From a virus (taxonomy: Duplodnaviria; Caudoviricetes): DNA of 39,755 nucleotides. How positions within the stretch are numbered: the first letter of the stretch is position 1; each line of letters begins with the position of its first letter. Where the stretch lies: IMG/VR virus record IMGVR_UViG_3300032266_000578, positions 1-39,755 of that record; one strand, given 5' to 3'. The translations under genes and the position numbers were made by a program. A model generated the notes under the pieces. The model saw nothing but the letters and a program-made list of their open reading frames with translations, had not been told where the DNA came from and made no database searches. Positions 24,232 through 34,600 of the stretch are shown here, piece by piece.

Positions 24232-24491
24232 CTGACCGACCAGTAAGGCGTATCAGTATAGAAACGTACAACTTCCTCAGCAATTGTTGGGACAAAGAAT
24301 TGTTTTTTGAATTGCCAATAGAGCAAGAAATGGTAAGAGATATTATTACGGTTTTTGTGGGTTTGGGAACAGCAAATGAGCGCGAGTTAATTGAAAAGGA
24401 GAAGCACAGAGAATTGTTAGACGAGTTAAATTTAAAGACACAGTTTAAACATCAAGAATACACAATGACTTTAGGAGAAAAGAATGACTGA
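24228..24491 (+). CDS. Hypothetical protein (87 aa)
   Basis: GGAGG RBS; coupled. Confidence 0.6.
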   Translation: MTDRPVRRISIETYNFLSNCWDKELFFELPIEQEMVRDIITVFVGLGTANERELIEKEKHRELLDELNLKTQFKHQEYTMTLGEKND

Positions 24492-24786
24492 AGATAATTT
24501 AGACAAGGAATTCTATGACCTTGGTAAGAAGATGTTTGACCATATGCAAGTAATCAAAGCGAGGACAAAAACTATGACTGAAGAAGATGAAGCTTTTAAC
24601 GAGATCGAACGCGCACAGAAGTGGCGGGTCGAGGACACCATACGCCGCGCAGCACAAGAGAGTGCGTTGAATTTCATAACGGATACTGACGCAATCGAAC
24701 TAGGTTTGATGACGTTACGCAAGGCGTACGAGATTGGTTATCGTGCGGGAATGTATGCAGAGCAGAGGAAACATGGACAAAACTGA
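24484..24786 (+). CDS. Hypothetical protein (100 aa)
   Basis: AGGAG RBS. Confidence 0.65.
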   Translation: MTEDNLDKEFYDLGKKMFDHMQVIKARTKTMTEEDEAFNEIERAQKWRVEDTIRRAAQESALNFITDTDAIELGLMTLRKAYEIGYRAGMYAEQRKHGQN

Positions 24787-25099
24787 GATACCAAAATTTA
24801 CAACTGTCAAAGGCTCAACCGTAGCAAAGGTTTTGAGGAAAACTGAACGGGCTACGGAAAAAATGTTAGTTCAGCTAACAGGTAAACCGATTAAGTCTGT
24901 GTTGTCTACGCTCAGGACTTTGCATAACCGCAGCAAGGTGCATATAGGTGCGTACAAGATGAACAAACGCAACCAAGCACTGAGAGTGTGGTACTGGGGC
25001 GATGGTGATGATGCGCGAGCGCCAAGTACCGCTGAACATAAAAATGGTTTTATCCCCCGCCTCGATGAGGCAGCAGCATGGCTAAGGAATCCGACATGA
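24773..25099 (+). CDS. Putative HTH DNA-binding protein (108 aa)
   Basis: GAGGA RBS; basic HTH-like segment, VHIGAY..WYWGDGDDA. Confidence 0.6.
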   Translation: MDKTEIPKFTTVKGSTVAKVLRKTERATEKMLVQLTGKPIKSVLSTLRTLHNRSKVHIGAYKMNKRNQALRVWYWGDGDDARAPSTAEHKNGFIPRLDEAAAWLRNPT

Positions 25100-25401
25100 A
25101 TGGCGAACAACTAGGCAATCACATTAAAAAACTTGTAGACAACTACAAGGAACGCGAAAACATTGACAAGATTGGCGAAACAATACGCGCTAATGGGCAG
25201 CAAGTGGGCGGCGCACACTACGCAGTCAAAGCAATTCAGCCGTGGGATTTTATAATTGCTAATAATATCGGATACTTAGAGGGAAATATCATAAAATACA
25301 TTAGCAGATGGAAAGACAAAGGCGGCGTAGAAGACCTAAAGAAGGCTCAACATTACTTACAAAAGCTGATTGAAACCCATGACAAAGAAAGAGTGGTTTA
25401 A
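25096..25401 (+). CDS. DUF3310 family protein (T7 gp1.7-like, putative nucleotide kinase)
   Basis: QVGGAHY..IQPWDFI..GYLEGNIIKYISRWKDKGGVEDLKKAQHYL. Confidence 0.9.
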   Translation: MNGEQLGNHIKKLVDNYKERENIDKIGETIRANGQQVGGAHYAVKAIQPWDFIIANNIGYLEGNIIKYISRWKDKGGVEDLKKAQHYLQKLIETHDKERVV

Positions 25402-25663
25402 GTTAATTCAAAACATGGGGTGTATTGTATGTTTAAACGAAGGGCTGGGTGTCTCACCAAGTGACATACACCATGTTTTAAGAAACAGTAGAAGGATTGA
25501 TGATTTACATACAATCCCTCTCTGCCCTTTGCATCATCGGTCTGGACACAATACAGAAGAATATGTGTCTAGACATCCGTGGAAAACAGAGTTTGAACGC
25601 CGGTACGGAACCGAGATGGAGCTGTACCAGCAGACCAAAGACCGTTTAAACGTTACCGACTAA
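25379..25663 (+). CDS. Ref-like (recombination enhancement) HNH nuclease
   Basis: MGCIVC..IHH..IPLCPLHHR..H..FERRYGTEMEL, similar to the P1 Ref pattern. Confidence 0.75.
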   Translation: MTKKEWFKLIQNMGCIVCLNEGLGVSPSDIHHVLRNSRRIDDLHTIPLCPLHHRSGHNTEEYVSRHPWKTEFERRYGTEMELYQQTKDRLNVTD

Positions 25664-28600
25664 TGCCTGCTCGCTCTGCCACTTCGTAGCCTTTCTTTGC
25701 GGTTTGACTTAGCAATCTTTGAAGCTCGTTGATTCGAGACTGCTTGTCATCCGCGCTCATTTCTCCGCTGTTTTCTACACGACGAATCTCTGTCTTAATC
25801 TTGCCAAGCTGTTCACCAATTCTTCTAAAAACCGGAGCAGCAAGCAATTGTTTTTTCTTGTCCTCGTCATTTAAATACTCACGAGCGCGATCAAACAAAC
25901 CTTCTTTCTTCAAGCTTGCAAACATATTGGTCATTTCTTTGGCGTTATGTTCCAGCGTATAGAAATCAGACACAGCCTTGCTAACTTTGGGGTCGGTCAT
26001 AAACGCTTTTGCGCCCAACTGTGCCTCAATGTTCTTGGTTGGTTTATCAGAACCAAGCAAGTCGCTCGTTACCATCAAGAATGTGCCACCAAGTTCAGCA
26101 AAATAACCCTTGATTAAAGCGTCAATCTTGGCGGGAGATAGCCCAACCTTCTCCAATCCGGCTTCGCTTGCGGCTTTAGCAAAATCACTGGCATTACGAC
26201 CTCGTTCAACGACAGGTTTACCTTGATCGCTCATTCCTTCGATTGGATTGCCGGTAAAGAACGAATGATTAGTAATTGACTCAAGAGCCGGTTTAAACGC
26301 TTGTGGTATGGGTATGCCACCTCCGGGGAGGTTATGAACGATGCCTTCTAAGTAAGACTTGCCAACCTCTTTGCCTGTGCTTGTGCCTGTGTAATATCTC
26401 CATGCCGCTTCGGGAATGGTTTTAAACAAAAATCCAACCTCAAATGGCACGGGAATCTTAACAAATGACTTGCGACCATCCGGCGTTGTTGTGGGGAACA
26501 ACCAATTCCCATCCTTCACATAGTCGGGGAGGTCTTTGTACTCGTCATCATCGGTGTACATTGCTGCATAAAGCGTAGACATCAACGCCATGACCGCAGC
26601 GCGTTTGGCAAAGATAATCTGTGCCTTTCTTTTCTCAGCAGGGGGTAACCCATAGCCCGTAGCGGCGCGATAGACCGTGTCCAAGCTTGTGATGGCGGCT
26701 TGAAAGAACGGGATTGAATGACGCAGGGTATTCAAAGCCTGAGAATTGCCACGCACACCAAAGTTAATGGATTCCCTTGCTCTAAACACGGCAAAGTTGA
26801 TCGCCTCTTCTTCATTCATGCCTTTCTTTAACGCTTCTTTCTTGGCGCTATCAAAAATAGCAACGCGAGTTGCCGCATCAGATGCTTCATGTATCTGCAT
26901 GACTCTATGCAAGGCAGAAGAAATCATCTGGGGAGTCTTTTTCTCTTTTCCAAGTTGACCGATGTACTCGTTTAAATCAACCGTACTATCCACCGCACCA
27001 ATCACACCACGTTCTGCAAGAATCTTAGCCGAGGCGGAAGACTTGTTAAGAACTTTGACAAACCCGACCAGTGAATTAAATGGTGTAACAATCTGATTGT
27101 TGGTCAACGATGCATGAATAGGATCACGAATAAGCTGCTTAATCCAGAACATAGGATTAACCAACGCACCAAAACGCAGAACCTTGGTCGTGGCTGAGAT
27201 AGCTTTCATAATTGGACCAAGCTCGTAGTTCAGCATTTGGAACGCAGCAATATCGTTTGGATTCTCTGCAATGACGTTAACAATCTTGCCATCTTCTTTG
27301 TATCGAAGATTGATATTAGGATCATTAGGATTGTCTACAGTCTTAGCCAAGCCAAAGCCTTGTAGTTGTTCAGTGGCAACCTTACGAGTTTGGTTTTCAT
27401 ACGCCACAGCAATTGTCATGGCGTACTGCTTCTGCAAGTTTTCCCAGATGTTGCGGTCAATATCCGCACCTTCTAGCTTGTAGTTCTTAGCCACGTTCTT
27501 AGCACTTGAACCACGGAAGAATGCTTCTGCCAAGTCTTCCCGCGCTTTAAACAACGGGACGTAGAATTTCTTGTCGCGGTATTTTTGTGCTTGTTCTTTG
27601 GAGATAACGCCAGTGTCTTCGCTTAGGTCAGTCAAAGCATTGTTAATGTCTTTCCAAATGCCAAAGATTTCCTTTAACTCAGGCACGTTTTGAAGTTGTG
27701 CTTCCGCCCATTGAATCTGTGCGTCATCGACTTGTTTCTCGCGGTTTTTGCCAGCAAGCTCTTTGCCTTCTTTCCGCATCTGATCAATTTTAGTTTTAGC
27801 AGAGGCAATAGCAGAGACATCTTGACCGCCAGCCTTAACAGCAGCGTTTAAACGAACCTCAAGAGCGTCTGCATCAGCAATGAGCTTTTGACCTTCTGCG
27901 TTCATCGCGGCGTCTTCTTGCTTAATGTCTGCACCACGCAACGCCCTAGCAACTTCAGCGACAAAACCACGACCGCCTTTTAGCTTAGATGCTTTGACAT
28001 AAGGATTTGAATCAAGCTTGTCGGCAAGAATAATGCTACGCGCCATGTTTGATTCTGTGCGCTTGATTACTATCGAACCGTCACTGTTTAAAATAGGAAC
28101 GCCCGACTGCAAGCCAACGGTCATAATGTTAATGCTGTTTGACTGAGTATGACGCAGCATATCAGCGCGTAGCTTGTTGTTGGCAAACTGCGACATTCCT
28201 TGTGCAGCCAAGGTATGACCAAGGCTTGAGGTGTCATCTACAAAGCCATTACGCAGATTAGTGAAGAATCCGTCCTCACGCACAGCCTTAATAGCGTTCG
28301 TTGCAGCAGCGGTAACCTGTTGACCCGCAGATTGATTTGGAACAAGTTTAGTGTGGACTGCTGGCGGCACGTTATTGGTTAGTGAATAACGAATGTCACC
28401 TGTATCACGACTAAACGCACCAGTGTTACCAATGGCAGATTTAAGCTGATTTGGGTCATAGACGGCTAGGTTTTTAGTGCCGTTTTCTTTAATGTAAAAC
28501 GCATCAAATCCCGCTGCTTTAATGGCATCTTGAACAAGTTTGTTTTCAATGTCTTCCCAATTGCCCGCCTCAAGAGAGTTTTGTATTTGAGCAACATAAG

Positions 28601-31600
28601 AACCACCTTTGTATTGATTGTTACCGTTAATCTTCTTTGACTCCGTAACAATCCTATCTATGTGATCAGGGTTTTGAAAGTCAAAAGGTTTTTCAGCGCG
28701 AACAAAAACAGGCATGATGTTAGCGCGAGAAGGTAACGCATCTTTAAGTAATTGATTAATCTCTTCTTCAATGGTTGAAGGAATTAAATTAAATGTAGAA
28801 TCAGCAGAATATTTAATATACGCTTGCAAATTGTCCTTTTCAAACTTGGACAGTTTCTTATTTTTTGTGGCAAGCTGCAATGCTTTATATAATAACGCCA
28901 CTTTTTCTTCTTCAGACATGCTATTAAACGATTCCTTTATCATAAAGTTTTCGCTTAAATCGGTAAATTCCTCTGCAAAAAGTGGTTTGGGCGTTACAAA
29001 AATAGCACCGGCTTGCTTACCGCGAAACTCAGTAATATCACGAGCAGTGCCGTGGTACATAACTTTAGGATCGCCGTTCATATCGACGATGGCACTCTTC
29101 CCAAACCAACGTTTAAACGCATCTGTTGTTGTTTGTTTTAACAACGCAGGCGGAGTTCTAAGAGATGCTTTACCTTCTAGCTTTGTGTAATGGACTTCAC
29201 CTACAGTACCTTCATACTTAGCTTCGATGTCGTTGTTTAAAACAACCATCATTCCGTAATCAGGCACGGCATAGCCATCATAGCCATTGTCGATGACAAA
29301 ACTTTCAAATGCATTGCTGTCGCCTTGAGCTTTTTTGTAAAACTCAGACATGGTCTTCCCCGGACCTAGGATGTTGTCAAACTTCTGCGTGTAAACGTGG
29401 TTGCCCACACCAGACTCACGCATAGGCATCGTGCCGTTTGCGCGTGGGATGTAAAAATATATGCGTTTACCAATTCGCGGGTCTTGCGCTTGAGCCAACC
29501 TCTTAGCTTCAGCGCCTTTTAATCCCGTGCCGTAGTAACCACCGGAGAGGATGTTGGTTTTAGTTTTGCCGTAATGAGAGCCTGCGTAGCTTACTGCGTC
29601 TTCTTTTCTGTCATTAAAAGAGATGCCTGCCCCGCCGCTGTCGCTGGGTCGAAGGGCAAGTTGTTCAGGTCTAAGGGAGAATCTTGGTTTAGCTCCCGAC
29701 TCTTCGACGGCTTGTCTTGCGATGGTGACGAAGGATTCACGAAAATTGTTGAGTTTCTCTTGTATATTGGGTTGGTCACCTCTGCGAACTTGAATCCCTG
29801 TGGCAATAGCTGATCCAGTTCCTTTTTCGTTCCAATCATTGTAGTTGTACTCCGAGTTTGCACCAAAAACTTCTTTAGAAGATATGCTGGCAATCTTTTC
29901 AGCTTCAACTATAAAAGCTTCTAGCTTTTGTTTAAAAGTTTTATCGTTGGTCAAGAATGGCTTGCCATCCTCTCCCCTGTAATTAATTAAAATTAATTCA
30001 TTGCCATTTAACTTTGAATATCCAACATCATTGCCAAGCAAATTTTGTAAAATTTTGAAAAGTTTTTTTTCTTGACCTTCTTTTAGTTTGTCAGAAAACT
30101 GAATGCTATACCCAAGCTGACCTTTTTTAATTAAATTAGGGTCGGCTCTAAAATAAGGCGTTGCATCTTGCTGAAAAACATACGACATTGCATAAGATAA
30201 ATCACGAGCGTCTTTTTCTGCTTGATAAATATTACTGTTTGCCATTTGCACAATAAGATTTGGCGAGATTGAATTTGCATACCCACCAGTTCCTGATGTA
30301 ATTTTTAATATGCTTTTAATTCCAAGACTTTTTGCCATGTCTTGAATAAATTTACTGTTTAATATCTGATTGTTTAATTTATTTTTTTGTTGATAGTTTA
30401 GCTCTGTAACTTGCTGCATCTCTCCAACGGCACTGGGTATTACTTCGCCAGTAATAACCTGAGTTTCAGATTTAATATCTTTTTGGTTAAAAAATTTATT
30501 TTTAGTTTCTGTTTTATTAAATGGAGTTTCTCCACCAATAAAAGTTTTCCGCCTAATAGTGTTTAGGAATCCTTGCCTTTTTTCTTCCGTGCTAACTTTG
30601 CCAGATTTTCTGCCAGACTCTTGAGTTTCGAGTCGCTTAGAGATTCCAGCCATGCGTTGTGCCGCTCTTGATCCTTGTTTAGCGGCTCCGGAAATTCGTT
30701 CTGCATCATAACCCTCTTCTTTTAGGTGTTTAGCCATTGCACCGGCGTAGTCTTGGCTAGTTACCCTTAAAGCAACGCCAAGTGATTTATATAACTCTTG
30801 TTCAGGATACCAAATTAACGCTTGTAATGAAGCAGGCGGGATGTCCTTGCCGTATAACTTGGCAACATTTTCTCGCACCATTGCAACAATGTCGCGCAAG
30901 TTTCTACGCTGAGAACCGTTTGATGGGGCATCAATAGAAGCATCTACAGAATCAATAATTGTTTCTGCTGCGGCAACAAGTTCAGTTTTGATTCGATTCT
31001 TTGCGTTAAAAGCTTCTCTGTTATTTTTAAAATCTTTTTCATGCATAGAAGAAACTTTTCTTGCTAACGCAATAGCACCTTCGTCGCTTTGCATGGCATC
31101 AGAAATATCTTGTGCGTCAAAATCACTGGCGTACACGCCGTTGTTGCCAGTTTGTTTAAACGAGTCTCTAAGTCTTAATACTTGATTTTTAAACTTTTCT
31201 GGCTCAAATGCTTTTAGCTTGCCAGTTATGCGACCAATTAATCGCATAAACCACATGTCCATTGTGACAGGCTCAAAGTTGCCACTTAGATTTGAGTAAA
31301 ATCCAAAGCCAATTTTAGGACCAAAAATAGAAGAGCCTAATACTTTTTCATCAGCAAGCTCACCGCCAACATCTAACCCTGCCGCTTGAAGCTCGCCAAT
31401 TGTGTATTCTGTTTCTAAGAATTTACGCAATTCGCTTTCGCCTAAAATATCAAGCATATTGTTGGCAAGTTTGTAATTAGAAACCATTTGACCTTGGTCT
31501 TTTCCTTGACCAATCTCAGGAAATCTTCCTGTTTTTTGATACTGCTCGTATACATAATCAGCAAATTTAATATTAGCTTCTACGTTCATTCCTTGCGAGC

Positions 31601-34600
31601 TGATTGCCATTGCAATCTTAAAAGCCATCTGTTTGTTTGGGTTTTCTAAAAGCTCAGGATGTTTTAATGCAGCGATTGACATAGTTTTGTCAATTACAGA
31701 GTCGTACCAGTCTAAAGCTTTGCCGCCAGAACGAATTGCAGCCATAGCTTCTGCTGTAATAAGTTTTGCAATAAGTTTTTTGTCTTCTTCTTTATTTTCA
31801 TCCAGAACAGGAACGCCAGATTCCATTCTTCTTTGAACCAAATAATCCAAAACATCTTTCTTAAAACCAATGTCTTGATTTAAAAATGCATCTACTCCAG
31901 TATCTCCTGTTTGCAGTGGCAAAGAAGTAGCTGCAAATTCTGATTCAGTTAATTCCGATTCTTTGGCAGCTTGTTTAATAGTTGCAGAATTGCCTGTCTT
32001 GGTTTTCATTGCATAAGCCGGAGCAGTTCTAGGCTGAACACCCTCACGACCCGCAGTCATCCTGCCGCTTTCAATATTGCTAAAGATACTTTTAGCTAAG
32101 AACAACTGTTCTGCGTCAGTAACTCCGTTGCCCATAAAGAATTCACGGATAGCCGTAAACACATTGTTTAAACGGCGCATTAGGTTGGCAATTAATCCTG
32201 ACGGCGGCTTGGTCTCTGTGTAAAAACGAAAGGCTTGTGCGATAGCTTCTTCAGCCATGTACTCGTCAAAAGTTTGATTGGTGTCACCGTCTTGGTCAAA
32301 CTGTGCTTTGTACTGTGCTTGTAACTCAGGGCTATAGAATTGGTTAATCCATTTCTTCTTAGCCATGTCTGTTAAGACTTTCCACTCCCCATTGGTAAAC
32401 GCACCAAGTTCTTTTAAGGCGTGGATAACTTCATGGCGCATAACACCCATTGGATTGTTTGAATCCAAGGCAAGCGTGATAACGTTTTTAAAATACATGC
32501 CCTCTGCGCCGTTGCTGATAGCATCAACAAGGCGTAGACCCATCTTCTCAAGACCAAAGCGTTTTAAAACCGGCAAAAGTTTTTTTCTCACCTCGTCAGC
32601 CATAGCTTTGGCTTCAGGCGTAGGTGTAGCGTCAGACAAAGAATATTTTGCTATCTCAATTTTGGGAGTATCAGTACGTTGTTGAAACGGAAGTTGTTCG
32701 TATCGACCGTCTTCTGACACCTCAAGCTTACCGGCATACTGAGAGGCTTGTGGAGCGTTACTGCGCTGACCAAACTGTTCGGGTGATGTTCTAGCTGCGG
32801 TTCGTGTTGATGGTGCAACAGGAGCGGTTCTGCCTTCAGGGTTTAAAAATTTGCTTGTAAATTCTGCCGAAGCTTGTTTTGGTGCTGCCTCTGGAACGCC
32901 AAATTGTTCAAAGAATTCAGGACCGTACATCTCTTTAAGATGTTTTCTTTTCTCTTTATCAAACGCAGCCTCTACCTCTAACAAGCGTTTGCTTTTAGTG
33001 TTTAAAGCTACGTCTTTATCTGCCGCAATCTCAGCAACGCTGTCATAGGGTATGCCAAGACCTTGATCCCGAATCATACGGGCTTCTTCAGGCGTAGCTA
33101 CACCGTTGCGGTTAACAATATTTTCTTCAATACTGCGGCGTAACTTTTGGTATGTTTCAACAAAGGGTGCAAGCTCGGCAGAAGGTACATTTGCTAACAA
33201 TTCTTCGCCACGCTTGCCTGCCAAGGTTTTTAAATCTTTCTGAGCAAGATACTCATTGTTCATGTTTTCAGCGTCTGCTGATTCAATGCGTCTCTGAGCC
33301 TCTGCCTGCGACACTACAGGCGTTTCAATTGGCGGGGCAACATAAGGTTGCTCCATCGTGCGTTGTTCGATTGCAAAGCGCCCCCCCATTGTTGGGTGAG
33401 GAACGATGGCAAGACTTGCAGGGTCTTCACCTTTTGCAATAAGGTCTTCTTTAAGCACTGCTAGGCGTTGACGCGCAGCACGAGGAACCATTGGGTTAGG
33501 GTCAATCATGACAGCGCGAGGTGTACCACGCACCTGACCTGTTCCTCCCACTGTAGATGCAGAAGCCTCTAAGCGCCTACGGTCAAATTCAAATGGTTCA
33601 TTCTGTGCTTGTGCTAACTGTTCTGATTGAGCGTCAACAAGTTTTCGACGCTCTTCATTTGGTATTACAGCCGGAGCAGTGTAAGGCACAGATTGTGCGG
33701 GTGACACAGGAAGAGGCTGTCTTTGATCCGTATACCCAAGTTCTTGTGCAGCGCGATCAAAAGCAGCTTGTTGTGCGGCAATACGACCTTCTTCCGTCAT
33801 TCGGGGACGAGGCGTACCAACAGTGTTTAAATCTTGTGTAGCCATCCGCTGGGCTTGTTCCCGGACGCCTTCTGCACCGGGAGTCAGCAAATCAGCCGCA
33901 GTGTAGCCAGACTCAGCGTTTACACCTGTTGCACGGTCAATGCCTTCTTGCGTTGAGTATGCCTGCGGAATTACAGTGGGTGTAAATGGCTCTTGAATCG
34001 GAGGTGCAATTTGTTGGTCAGCAGGTGGTTCGACAACAGGTTGTTCGAGTGTGGCAGTCTGGCGTTTTAAAGCGCCCGTAGCAGCACCCATTCCAAAACC
34101 GGCAGCGCCTTCCATTGTTCCTGCGCTATACACACCACGCATAGTAGGTACGTTATAGCCTTCACGCTGCAAAGCTATGTTCTGAGAAGCTTGTTCTGTG
34201 CCACCTTGCAAGAATTCTGTGCCTGCCTCTGGTAATCCAGTGGCAACAGCCCTTCCTAGGATGCCACGTTGAGCAACTTTTTCGCTAATCTTTTTAGAAA
34301 GTCCGGGGATTAGAGCTTTTTCAATACCTGTTGTTCCTGCAATCCCGCCTAACAACGTGTTGGCTAAAATTAAATCAAGGTTCTTGCCACCGTATTCTTG
34401 CGCCTTTGTAGCAGCTTGTTCAATAAGCTCTTTAGGCAAATTCTCTTTGCTAAGTTCTTCAGTAACGGCGTCATAAATAGAGCTTTTGCCTGTACCTGCG
34501 CCCATTGCTGCGCCAGTTAAAGCACCTGCCGCTCGTGCGCCAATCTTTAAACCCGCACCGGCTAAACCACCAGCAAGCGTTGGAATAACTGTACCAAATG

